A DNA stretch of 46,266 bases from contig CAZBZN010000002.1 in assembly GCA_964496415.1 (NCBI GenBank), positions 1 through 46,266 of the forward strand. Direction: 5' to 3'. Below the pieces are notes generated by a model. That model did not search any database. It was given only the letters and a program-made list of their open reading frames with translations, and had not been told where the DNA came from. The first letter of the stretch is position 1; every line of letters begins with the position of its first letter. The position numbers and the translations under genes were made by a program. This document shows positions 37,535 through 45,538 of this stretch, piece by piece. This DNA is from Candidatus Micrarchaeota archaeon (GTDB lineage Archaea; B1Sed10-29; JAJRYS01).

Positions 37535-38077
37535 ATGCAGATAAAATTCAAAGTGCAAAATATGGTTGCTGCAGCAAGCCTTGGAGTTGACTTAGACTTA
37601 TACTCAATAGCAAGAGAACTAGACAACGTAGAATACGAACCAGAACAATTCCCAGGAGCAATATTCAAGCTTGAAGAACCAAAAACATCACTCTTGTTGT
37701 TTAAGAACGGTAAGATAATCTGCGCTGGAGCAAAAAGCGAAGAAGAAATTGAAAAAGCAATTAAAAAAGCCTTTAAAGCAATAAAGCCTTACGTGAAAGG
37801 AGGGAAAAGGCCAAAACTAAACTACCAAGTAGTAAACATAGTATCATCAGCAAGCCTTGGAGTTGACTTAGACTTATACTCAATAGCAAGAGAACTAGAC
37901 AACGTAGAATACGAACCAGAACAATTCCCAGGAGCAATCCTTAAACTAAAAGAACCAAAAATAACCTTGTTATTGTTCAAGAACGGAAAAGTAATCTGTG
38001 CTGGAGCAACTTCAGAATCACAAGCAAGAAAAGCTATCAAGAAAGCATACGAGTTAATAAAACCAACTCTAAGATGA
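37535..38077 (+). CDS. tbp: TATA-box binding protein
   Basis: Two TBP repeats (QNMVAAASLGVDLDL...EQFPGAI.KL..PK..LLLFKNGK.ICAGA). GGTGAT Shine-Dalgarno upstream. Confidence 0.93.
   Translation: MQIKFKVQNMVAAASLGVDLDLYSIARELDNVEYEPEQFPGAIFKLEEPKTSLLLFKNGKIICAGAKSEEEIEKAIKKAFKAIKPYVKGGKRPKLNYQVVNIVSSASLGVDLDLYSIARELDNVEYEPEQFPGAILKLKEPKITLLLFKNGKVICAGATSESQARKAIKKAYELIKPTLR
37572..37938 (+). repeat. Intragenic direct repeat: 91 nt perfectly identical (37572-37662 = 37848-37938), offset 276 nt
   Basis: Verified base by base in the sequence. Flanking repeat sequence is diverged at synonymous sites. Confidence 0.95.
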
Positions 38078-38725
38078 TTTCCCATACCTTAAATGCCTCT
38101 TATGAGGCTTTTCACTTCTTTTTTCAGCTTCTTTTTCTTTAAGCATCTCCTGAATCTTCTCAACATTTTCTAAAACCAAAAGCATTTCATAAACCCCGCT
38201 AAGCTTAGGTGGTTTTTCAACCAACTGCTTGAATCTTTTCTTCAAAACCTCAATCATTCTTGCTTCTATCCCACCAGCATGAAGCAAGTCACCATGCTTC
38301 TTCAAAAGCCGTCTTACTTCACTGACAAGCAGTTCAGGGTCTTTCATCACTTCCTCATCAGGCATTATGTTAGCAGCGCAGAACTGGCCTAACTGCTGCA
38401 ACTGAGCGTGGTCAAGAGAAGTCCTTACCTTAGGAGCTTTAAAATACAAGCCCTTGTAATAATCCCTTTCAGGCAAGTCTTCAAAAACATCCAAGCAAAC
38501 CTGCCTTATTTCCTCTGCTTTTGCAGTAAAATAAGTAGCTTCATACTCCCTGCCTTTTTTCAAAAAATCTTCAGCCATTTGAATGTAATTATCAGCTAAA
38601 AAACCAAGCGCGTAAAAAATAAGCATTTCCTTGTCATGCTTCTTAAGCCTAAGCGCTGAAGCAAGCTTGTCTGACTGAAGCTTCATCTCAGCAAGCAAAG
38701 AAGTAAGCTTGTCAAAATCAATCAT
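38069..38725 (-). CDS. Hypothetical protein (218 aa)
   Basis: Long helical ORF. ATG at 38725 preferred over TTG at 38734. No family recognised. Confidence 0.5.
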   Translation of the reverse strand: MIDFDKLTSLLAEMKLQSDKLASALRLKKHDKEMLIFYALGFLADNYIQMAEDFLKKGREYEATYFTAKAEEIRQVCLDVFEDLPERDYYKGLYFKAPKVRTSLDHAQLQQLGQFCAANIMPDEEVMKDPELLVSEVRRLLKKHGDLLHAGGIEARMIEVLKKRFKQLVEKPPKLSGVYEMLLVLENVEKIQEMLKEKEAEKRSEKPHKRHLRYGKSS

Positions 38726-38758
38726 GAAAAACAAAAAAACAATCCAAGATTAAAAACC

Positions 38759-39559
38759 TTACCTTCTCCTCCTCTTCAGCCTAAGCCTTTTAAGATCCTT
38801 GTCATGCTCTCTCTTAAGCCTGATCAAGTTCTCCAAAAACCTTAAACTGCCTTCATGAAGTTCTCCTGACTTCAAATACTTTTCATAAGCCTGCCTCGGG
38901 TTCTTGTCAACACTTATCCTCTCAAGAGCTTTTTTTAACTCTTTCTCAGAAGACACTTCCAAAACCCTCATTAACTCCTGCTTAAGCATCTTAGACTTCA
39001 AAAACCAGTCAATTAATTTTTCTTCAGAAGCTCTCTGGGCTTCTTCAAGCTCTTTCAAACGCTTTTGATACTCAGACTCACTAAACTCTATCTTCTTAGG
39101 CTGAGGCTGCTTTTCAACTTGTTTCTCTTGAACAACTTTCTTTTCACGTCTTGGCGGCTTTGAAGCTTTCCTCTCAAGCCTTCTAATCTTCCTTTTCTGT
39201 TCCTCCATGAACTGGTCATAAGCCCTTTCAACAGTCTTACAAATCTCCTTAATCATTGACTCTGGAAAACCATCCTCTTTAGCAAGATTCCTATAATACT
39301 CTACAAGCTCCTCCTTACTCATACGACCAAGCAATTCCTTCCTAAGCTCTGCTTCTTCAGCAGGAGAAAGCTCCACCCCAAATTCTTCCTTAAACTTCTC
39401 CTCTGCATCAGCGACCTGTCTTCTTAAAGTAATAACCAGATTCTTAAAAAAATCCTTTTCTGCTTTCTTAACAGACTTCTTAACAAGTCTTTTTTCTTCC
39501 TTAGTTCCTTCCAAAAGAGCTTTCAAAAAAATCTTTTCTTCTTCAGCAGCTTCACCCAC
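38759..39559 (-). CDS. Hypothetical highly charged coiled-coil protein (266 aa)
   Basis: GTG start with an AAGGAG Shine-Dalgarno 8 nt upstream. Glu/Lys/Arg-rich. No family recognised. Confidence 0.5.
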   Translation of the reverse strand: MGEAAEEEKIFLKALLEGTKEEKRLVKKSVKKAEKDFFKNLVITLRRQVADAEEKFKEEFGVELSPAEEAELRKELLGRMSKEELVEYYRNLAKEDGFPESMIKEICKTVERAYDQFMEEQKRKIRRLERKASKPPRREKKVVQEKQVEKQPQPKKIEFSESEYQKRLKELEEAQRASEEKLIDWFLKSKMLKQELMRVLEVSSEKELKKALERISVDKNPRQAYEKYLKSGELHEGSLRFLENLIRLKREHDKDLKRLRLKRRRR

Positions 39560-39589
39560 TCAAACAACTCCTTATCCCAAAACTTACTT

Positions 39590-39619
39590 CTGACGCGTGC
39601 TTGCAGTTCAAGCAGTCAG
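39590..39619 (-). terminator. Interrupted 11-bp hairpin downstream of the histone gene, followed by a U4 run
   Basis: CUGAC-GCG-UGCUUG-CAGUU-CAAGCA-GUCAG (palindromic). On the minus strand it is followed by AAGUAAGUUUUG. Confidence 0.3.
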
Positions 39620-39668
39620 CCTTACCAGCCATGCTTTAAATTATGACCTTAGAAGTATTAAAACCCAG

Positions 39669-39881
39669 TTAGTTAGCCTGTGCTTTTAAAGCAAGCATTA
39701 TATCTTCTGGGACTATTGTTTTTCTCCCAGCATGCTGTGCGAAAAGCTTAGCCATGCTTGCTATTTTAATAGCGTACTGTTCAAGAATCTCTGCCATTAC
39801 TTCTGCTGCTTGTTCAGAGACTCTTTCAGCGCCAGCCTTCCTAATAATCCTATCAACTGGAGCAATTGGAAACTCTGCCAT
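39669..39881 (-). CDS. Archaeal histone (HMf family)
   Basis: 70 aa: FPIAPVDRIIRKAGAERVSEQAAEVMAEILEQYA...HAGRKTIVPEDIMLA. GGAGGGG Shine-Dalgarno upstream. Confidence 0.9.
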   Translation of the reverse strand: MAEFPIAPVDRIIRKAGAERVSEQAAEVMAEILEQYAIKIASMAKLFAQHAGRKTIVPEDIMLALKAQAN

Positions 39882-40101
39882 TAATCATCCCCTCCGCACG
39901 GTTTTAAACCTTAAAAACCTTTCATTGCTCCAGAACACGCCACCAAAACAAGTGCTATTATTAAACCAAGCCAAGTATAAATAGCTTTGCTGTAAAAAAC
40001 TTGTAAAAACTCTTTTCTTTTAAAATAAAAGCTTATCATGCCTTAATTCATGAAAAAAAGCCACATATTGTTTTTAATCTGTTCTACTAAAAAATATAAT
40101 C

Positions 40102-42267
40102 ATGGACTTCATAGAGCATCCTTTAATAAAGCCTGGTTCTGTTGAAAAAAGAGCTTACCAGCAGAACATAGTGAATGAGTTCTTAACTAAAGGAAGCACT
40201 CTTGTAGTTGCTCCTACTGCTCTTGGAAAAACGATCATAGCTGCTTGCATTATTGCTGAGAAAATAAAAGACGGTGGCAAGGCTTTGTTTTTAGCTCCTA
40301 CAAGGCCTTTGGCTCTTCAGCATCTTAAAACTTTAAAACAAGTGCTTAATCTTCCTGAAGAAGAGTTTGGTGTTTTGATTGGAACAGTTCCTGAAAAAAA
40401 CAGGATGAAAGCATGGGAGGAAGCGAAAATAATAACGGCTACTCCTCAGACTGTTGAGTCAGACATATTAAATGGAAGAGCATTTCTTAATGACTTAAAG
40501 GTAGTAGTGTTTGATGAAGCTCACCGTGCGGTTAAGGGATATTCTTACGTGTTCATTGCTCAGAAAGTAAAAGAAAAAAACCCAGAGGCTAAGTTTTTGG
40601 CTTTAACTGCTTCTCCTGGGTCAAGTGCTGAGAAAATTCAAGCAATCTGTGACAACTTGTTCATTGAAAACATAGTAATCAAGACAGAGACAGATCCTGA
40701 CGTTGTGCCTTATGTTAATCCTAAAAAACTTGTATGGAAGAAAATAGAGCTTCCTGAAGAATTCAGAAAACCATTAGAACTGCTTAAAAAAGCTTATGAA
40801 AACAACATTGAAGGGTTGAAGTTAAACAATAAAAAAGTAAGGTCAAAAAAACAATTACTTGACTTACAGGCAATGATTGGTAATAAAAAAAACAAGAACT
40901 ATGCTGATTTTCAGTTAATGCTTAAGTGTTCTAAAGCAATCAAGGCACAGCATGCTTTAGAATTACTTGAAACTCAGGGAGTTGAAGCTGCTCTTAATTA
41001 TTTTGAAAGGTTAAGTGAAGAAAACGCAAAGTCATCAAAAGAATTACTTGCTTGCCCTGAAGTTCAAAAAACAATAGTCCTGCTAAAAGAACTTAAAGAA
41101 AAAGGAATAAAACACCCAAAACTTGAAAAGTTAGTTGAAATAGTAAAGCAGGAAACTGAGCAGGGGAATAAAGTAATAGTTTTCAGTCATTATCGTGACA
41201 CTTCAATAATGCTTAAGAAAGCATTAGAGCAAGCAGGAGTAACTTGTGAAAGATTCATTGGCCAAGCAAGTAAAAAAGGTGATAAAGGAATCCCTCAAAA
41301 AAAACAGTTAGAAATAATCCAAAGATTTAGGAATGACGAATTTAAGGTATTAATAGCTACTTCAGTAGGAGAAGAAGGCTTGGACATTCCATCAGTAGAT
41401 ACTGTTGTTTTTTACGAGCCAGTTCCATCAGAGATAAGGTCTATTCAAAGAAAAGGAAGGACAGGAAGACACAAAGAAGGGAAGATAATAATCCTCATGG
41501 CTAAAGGAACCAGGGATGAGACCAATTACTGGGCTTCTGTAACCAAAGAAAAAAAGATGAAGAAGATAATAAGCGAGCTTCCTTTGAAAAAAAACCAGGC
41601 AAAGCTAAGTGAATTTGTTAACGAAAACCCAAAAGTAGTGGTTTTTGCTGACTTAAGAGAACTAGGCTCTAAAGTAATTGAAGCTTTAATGAAAAAAGCA
41701 GAAGTAAAAACCATGATGCTAAAAGTAGGAGATTACCTATTGAGTGAGAGGGTGGTTGTTGAAAGAAAAACTTACGATGACTTCATTAACTCAATAATTG
41801 ACGGGAGATTATTCAAACAGTTAAAAGCAATGAGAGAACAGTTTGAAAAACCAATCCTGATAATTGAAGGTGAAAAAACTAATGAAAGAAAGATTCATGA
41901 AAACGCGGTTAACGGAGCTATTGCTTCTGCTGCAATTGACTATTCTATTCCAGTAATTTTCACTGTAGACCCTGAACAGACAGCAGACCTGCTTTTAATA
42001 ATAGCCAAAAGAGAGCAGTTTGAAAACAAAAAAGAGCCAAGGCTAAGAGGTGAAAAAAAGCCAATGACTTTAAAGGCACAGCAAAAGTACTTGATAGAAG
42101 GGCTTCCCGGAATAGGGCCTAATGCTGCTGAAAGCCTTTTAAAACACTTTAAAACCCCTGAAAGAGTAATCACCGCCACTGAAGAAGAATTAGTAATGGT
42201 TGAAGGCATAGGAAAAAAGAAAGCTGAAAAAATAAGAAAAGTAGTAACTTCAGAGTACGAGGAATAA
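40102..42267 (+). CDS. hef: Hef: SF2 helicase fused to an XPF/ERCC4 nuclease and (HhH)2
   Basis: Walker A APTALGKT, DEAH (VFDEAHRAV), helicase C motifs (SVGEEGLDIP, QRKGRTGR), ERCC4 motif (VVVERKTYDDF) and a C-terminal LPGIGPNAAESLL...VEGIGKKKAEKI. Confidence 0.9.
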   Translation: MDFIEHPLIKPGSVEKRAYQQNIVNEFLTKGSTLVVAPTALGKTIIAACIIAEKIKDGGKALFLAPTRPLALQHLKTLKQVLNLPEEEFGVLIGTVPEKNRMKAWEEAKIITATPQTVESDILNGRAFLNDLKVVVFDEAHRAVKGYSYVFIAQKVKEKNPEAKFLALTASPGSSAEKIQAICDNLFIENIVIKTETDPDVVPYVNPKKLVWKKIELPEEFRKPLELLKKAYENNIEGLKLNNKKVRSKKQLLDLQAMIGNKKNKNYADFQLMLKCSKAIKAQHALELLETQGVEAALNYFERLSEENAKSSKELLACPEVQKTIVLLKELKEKGIKHPKLEKLVEIVKQETEQGNKVIVFSHYRDTSIMLKKALEQAGVTCERFIGQASKKGDKGIPQKKQLEIIQRFRNDEFKVLIATSVGEEGLDIPSVDTVVFYEPVPSEIRSIQRKGRTGRHKEGKIIILMAKGTRDETNYWASVTKEKKMKKIISELPLKKNQAKLSEFVNENPKVVVFADLRELGSKVIEALMKKAEVKTMMLKVGDYLLSERVVVERKTYDDFINSIIDGRLFKQLKAMREQFEKPILIIEGEKTNERKIHENAVNGAIASAAIDYSIPVIFTVDPEQTADLLLIIAKREQFENKKEPRLRGEKKPMTLKAQQKYLIEGLPGIGPNAAESLLKHFKTPERVITATEEELVMVEGIGKKKAEKIRKVVTSEYEE

Positions 42268-42300
42268 GTTTAAAAACAAAGTCTTTCGTTATAATTCTTC

Positions 42301-42765
42301 ATGGAGCAAAAGACAATGATTATTGGAATACTGCTAGTAATTGGAATAATCATAATAGGAATTATTGCAGCAAGCTCAAAAGACCAACAAACACCAACTG
42401 CTCCTCAATCTCAAAACCAACCTCAACAGCCAGTTCAAACAGAAAACCAAACAACCATTACTGAAATAATACCTGGTTCTTTTGACTTGAAAGTAATCCA
42501 ATGCTATGGTAACAAACTAAGAGTACTAAACAACGGAACAGGCACAATACTACTAAACTCTTCAACTTTAGTGCAAGAAAGCGGTGGAACAATAACTTAC
42601 GGGAAAGTAGTGGGAGAGTATGTTCTTCAACCAGGACAATACGCTATAATTCAAATATCAAAAGACCTTAAAACAATAAACACCACGAGTCACTTTAAAC
42701 TAACTACAATGCTGGCTAATGAAAGAGGAGGGACAACATACTATTACTCCAGGTTCGAATGCTAA
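42301..42765 (+). CDS. Membrane-anchored hypothetical protein with Gln/Pro-rich linker
   Basis: N-terminal TM (IIGILLVIGIIIIGIIAA), a QTPTAPQSQNQPQQPVQTENQ linker and a beta-rich C-terminal domain. Confidence 0.5.
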   Translation: MEQKTMIIGILLVIGIIIIGIIAASSKDQQTPTAPQSQNQPQQPVQTENQTTITEIIPGSFDLKVIQCYGNKLRVLNNGTGTILLNSSTLVQESGGTITYGKVVGEYVLQPGQYAIIQISKDLKTINTTSHFKLTTMLANERGGTTYYYSRFEC

Positions 42766-43172
42766 GAAAGCCAAAACACTGCAGAATCTTCAATAGCCTT
42801 CAACTCTTCCTCAAAAGGAACACTGGGAAGAGGTATTACCTTAAACTTAAAGGTCTTCTTAAACTCTTCAAAAACCTTCTCAGCATTATTACTCCAAGAA
42901 ACAAAAACACTCCTCTTAGAAGGCTCAGCCTGCTTAAGAGCCTTGTTTATCTGCCTATTAGCAGTAAGCCTAAGCAGAAACTCAATCTCCTCCTTGCTGC
43001 TAATATTAGTCTTTGAAGAAAAAGCTTTTAAAGTCTGGTTAACAGAATGTATCAGGTGATTCTTTCCCTTAAAACACTTCAGGGAAAAAACCTGAGTCTT
43101 AGGATGGCCTGATAAAAACTCAAAAACCCCATCCTTGTCAAGCTTTTTAAATTCAACTGCTTTAACAATCAT
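42762..43172 (-). CDS. cgi121: KEOPS complex subunit Cgi121
   Basis: HLIHSVNQTLKAF...EIEFLLRLTANRQINKALK parallels the HVLHAINQA...EILVRASGQRQIHEAIK pattern of archaeal Cgi121 as I recall it. Start set at MIVKAVEF. Confidence 0.6.
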   Translation of the reverse strand: MIVKAVEFKKLDKDGVFEFLSGHPKTQVFSLKCFKGKNHLIHSVNQTLKAFSSKTNISSKEEIEFLLRLTANRQINKALKQAEPSKRSVFVSWSNNAEKVFEEFKKTFKFKVIPLPSVPFEEELKAIEDSAVFWLS

Positions 43173-43222
43173 GCTTAAATAAACAAAATCAAAGAATATA
43201 AAACCAAAGGACAGGTGATTAA

Positions 43223-43618
43223 GTGGGAATCTCACAATCAGGAAGGCTTAAAAAGAAAAAAACAGGAGGAAGGAAAAGAAAAGCACGTGACAAGAAAAAA
43301 GCAGAGTTAGGAAGGCTTCCAGTACATACCACAGTAAGTGAAAAAGATGAAAGGAAAAAACAAAGAACCAGAGGAGGAAACCTAAAAGTAAAACTTAAAA
43401 GAGCAGCTTATGCTAACGTAACAGACCCAAAAACCAACACAACAAAGAAAGTCAAGATAATCACTGAAAAAGAAAACCCAGCTAACAGGAACTACGCAAG
43501 ACAAAACATAATCACAAAAGGAGCAATAATAGAAACAGAAGCAGGAATAGCAAAAGTAACCTCAAGACCAGGCCAGCACGGCGTAGTAAACGCAGTCCTC
43601 ATCGAGAAAAAACAGTGA
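43223..43618 (+). CDS. rps8e: 30S ribosomal protein S8e
   Basis: [19 protein letters not shown]...[14 protein letters not shown]...[19 protein letters not shown] start behind AGGTGAT. Confidence 0.9.
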   Translation: MGISQSGRLKKKKTGGRKRKARDKKKAELGRLPVHTTVSEKDERKKQRTRGGNLKVKLKRAAYANVTDPKTNTTKKVKIITEKENPANRNYARQNIITKGAIIETEAGIAKVTSRPGQHGVVNAVLIEKKQ

Positions 43619-43634
43619 AAGTGAAACTAAGACC

Positions 43635-43763
43635 TCACAACTCTTCAAGTGGAACAAACTCTTCTTTTTCTAGTATTTCTTCTTGCCTGTCAAAAAACAA
43701 TTTTTCCTGTGCTATTGCAATAGCTTTTCTTATTATTTCATCATAAAGCGTCAAAAACATCAT
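43635..43763 (-). CDS. 42-aa ORF translationally coupled to the fic stop (ATGA overlap)
   Basis: Below the track cutoff. Translates to MMFLTLYDEIIRKAIAIAQEKLFFDRQEEILEKEEFVPLEEL. Its ATG at 43761-63 overlaps the fic TGA at 43760-62. Confidence 0.3.
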   Translation of the reverse strand: MMFLTLYDEIIRKAIAIAQEKLFFDRQEEILEKEEFVPLEEL

Positions 43764-44626
43764 AAGGACTCTTTTTCTAAGAATTTTAAGTAGCTCTTAA
43801 GAAACCATGATAAAAAGATGAATGGATTGTTTTTAACTTGTGCTTTTTCTAAGGCAGAGTAATAACTTTTCCTGTTCTTATACTCTATGATGAACATCGG
43901 GTATCCTTTCTTGTATAACACCCAGTTCATGACTAGTCTTGAAATCCTCCCATTACCATCTCCAAAAGGATGAATAGTAACAAGCTTTAAATGAGCTAAA
44001 CCAGCTAAATCAACTGCATTATATTTGTCAAAATTTTTGTTTAACCATTTAAAGAACTCTCTTAGTAAAGGATACAGCTCAACAGGGCTTGGTGGAACAA
44101 ACTTTGAACCAGAAATCTTAACTCCATAATTTCTTATCTTTCCAGCTATGTCCGGCTTAGTATCCTTAAATATTTCATAATGCCATTCAAGAATAGTATT
44201 CATGTTAATTTTCTTTACTTCAAGCATTTTCATAAAAACCCTGAAATGATTTTCTGCTTCTTTTACGTCAGATAAGGGCTTGTCTGGGCTTATCCCTTTG
44301 TCAATAATCATAAAAGTGTCTTTTAAAGAAAGAGTGCTTCCTTCAATCTTGTTAGTATCATATGTAAACCTGATGCCAAAATCTCTTAAGTTTTTTTCTT
44401 TAACAGATTTTGGCAGTTTGCCAGCATGCTTGAGAAATTCTTTGATTTTATCATATTTCTCTCTGTAAACTTCATGGAAAAAATCAAGCATTACAACTTC
44501 AATATTTTTCGGAAGGTTTGTGCCTAAATACTTCTCAATAGTTTTAAATTTTTTACCAACTCTGACAGTATGTTTTAGGTAATAAACTAGCTTACCTTTA
44601 ATTTTCTTTTTTACAAGAATTACCAT
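43760..44626 (-). CDS. fic: Fic-domain protein (AMPylase family) with internal inhibitory motif
   Basis: Fic motif HPFGDGNGRISR and an upstream TNKIEG matching (S/T)xxxE(G/N). Start trimmed to ATG 44626 because the longer ORF runs into the GC-rich RNA gene. Confidence 0.85.
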   Translation of the reverse strand: MVILVKKKIKGKLVYYLKHTVRVGKKFKTIEKYLGTNLPKNIEVVMLDFFHEVYREKYDKIKEFLKHAGKLPKSVKEKNLRDFGIRFTYDTNKIEGSTLSLKDTFMIIDKGISPDKPLSDVKEAENHFRVFMKMLEVKKINMNTILEWHYEIFKDTKPDIAGKIRNYGVKISGSKFVPPSPVELYPLLREFFKWLNKNFDKYNAVDLAGLAHLKLVTIHPFGDGNGRISRLVMNWVLYKKGYPMFIIEYKNRKSYYSALEKAQVKNNPFIFLSWFLKSYLKFLEKESL

Positions 44627-44645
44627 AAATAGTTTTACCCTCACA

Positions 44646-44657
44646 AAATATAAAAAT
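44646..44657. promoter_or_regulatory. AT-rich TATA-like element (AAATATAAAAAT) between divergent fic and the 5S-like RNA
   Basis: About 25 nt from the fic ATG (possibly a leaderless mRNA) and about 25 nt from the GGGGG at 44678 on the plus strand. Confidence 0.35.
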
Positions 44658-44682
44658 CTTACTATTTTTGAAGATGTGGGGG

Positions 44683-44934
44683 TAATGCAGGGCGCAGGAC
44701 TTTCGGGGAAGAGCTGCATGAGTAGTATAAAGCAGCCTCAGCTGCTTTTAAGGGGTTGAGCGAAGCGAATGTCCTGTAAATGCAGGCTTTTTGAAGCCTT
44801 TGGAAAGGGCGCAGCCCTTCCATTCGAACCTGCGAAGGCACTAAGCCAACGGATGTCAAAACCGGTGGTTTCAATGCTTCCCGGAACCGGTTCTTGAGTC
44901 CGTCCCGTTTGGCCACTCCGGCAGCCCTGCATTA
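44683..44934 (+). rRNA. Atypical, oversized 5S rRNA candidate (5S-like core about 44779-44933, plus a 95-nt GC-rich 5' extension)
   Basis: By hand count, 135 of 252 nt are G+C in an AT-rich context. Plus strand carries loop C CCAUUCGAACC (44820-30) bracketed by CGCAG/CUGCG (44810-14/44830-34), then GAAG (44834-37) and CUAAGCC (44841-47). AAUGCAGG (44779-86) pairs with CCUGCAUU (44926-33) with 5S-like spacing. An outer 11-bp helix joins 44683-93 and 44924-34. G exceeds C on the plus strand, and a T-run follows the 3' end. Confidence 0.5.
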
Positions 44935-44959
44935 AACTATCTTATTTTAGTATGATAAT

Positions 44960-45217
44960 TTACTTATAAATATTCTTCCTATGGCCTATTTTTTCTATAA
45001 AAATTACTTTTAAGTCATGGAGTAAAAGAGCTATTACCCTGTAATCACCTACTCTAAGCTTGTAGTCATCATGGCCTGCAAGCCTGGTAAAAAAATGCAC
45101 TGGGTTCTTTGATGATTCTTCAAGTTTTTTTATTATTCTTGCTGCTGTTTTTGCGTCAAGTTTTGACAAGTCTCTGACTGCTTCGATTGAAAACTGAATC
45201 TCCCAGACCAAGATCAT
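44960..45217 (-). CDS. relE: RelE/ParE-family type II toxin (second copy)
   Basis: 85 aa with YKLRVGDYRVIALL...VIFIEKIGHRKNIYK, and the same GHRKNIYK tail as ORF 2710-2979. ATGA overlap with the upstream antitoxin. Confidence 0.75.
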   Translation of the reverse strand: MILVWEIQFSIEAVRDLSKLDAKTAARIIKKLEESSKNPVHFFTRLAGHDDYKLRVGDYRVIALLLHDLKVIFIEKIGHRKNIYK

Positions 45218-45456
45218 AACCCCAGTGACTTTTTAGCTTCTTTTAAGCCAACTTTTCTGCCTTTAAATAAGTCTATTCTTGCGTTAAGAAGCCCTATTCT
45301 AAACTCTTTAGTATACTCTCCTTCTTCGTCTCCTTTTGGGATAAGGTTTAAAAGTTTATTTATGACTTCATCATAAGTCTCTCTTGGGCTTGTTTTTAAT
45401 TCAGCAAGATTCTTTCTTGTTTCAGGGGAAATTTGAATACTTGTATAAGTAACCAT
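45214..45456 (-). CDS. Putative antitoxin partner of relE
   Basis: 80 aa encoded immediately upstream with an overlapping stop/start. ISPETRKNLAELK...YDEVINKLL suggests a strand-helix-helix N-terminus. GGTGG Shine-Dalgarno upstream. Confidence 0.55.
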   Translation of the reverse strand: MVTYTSIQISPETRKNLAELKTSPRETYDEVINKLLNLIPKGDEEGEYTKEFRIGLLNARIDLFKGRKVGLKEAKKSLGL

Positions 45457-45538
45457 AGAACCACCATATAATTATTATAGAGAACTATATAAAAAGGTTG
45501 CTGTAAGCTTTTTTAATTAAAGCAAGTAATATTATAGG

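Noticed and set aside
44662-44932. Track ORFs 44662-44916 (84 aa) and 44738-44932 (64 aa), plus the 5' extension of the fic ORF (44627-44719).
   Set aside because: They lie entirely within the GC-rich structured RNA. They are open only because the region is GC-rich and poor in stop codons. They have no Shine-Dalgarno, and their composition is unlike real proteins of this genome.
44683-44934. RNase P RNA on the minus strand. It carries GAAAGUCC (plus coordinates 44697-44704, CR-I-like) and ACA-N6-GGCUUA (44841-44855, CR-V-like). These can form a P4-like helix with a bulged U, but in the inverted order, which would imply a circularly permuted RNase P RNA gene.
   Set aside because: GGCUUA is simply the reverse complement of the 5S UAAGCC motif, so only one 8-mer remains as evidence. 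The order is wrong for any linear RNase P RNA, and no CR-II/III (S-domain) motifs are present. The minus strand would have C exceeding G (72 vs 63), which is unusual for structured RNAs. The plus strand gives a coherent 5S helix I-II-III/loop C layout. It should still be tested with cmsearch RF00373.
44683-44934. SRP (7S) RNA. The element has a UGUAA-like element (CCUGUAAAUGCAGG), a GCACUAAG string and a long helical arm.
   Set aside because: Neither strand contains the universal helix-8 motif, a GNAR tetraloop flanked by the ...AGG.../...AGCAGC... symmetric loop. The topology is a multi-hairpin junction rather than a helix-5 rod.
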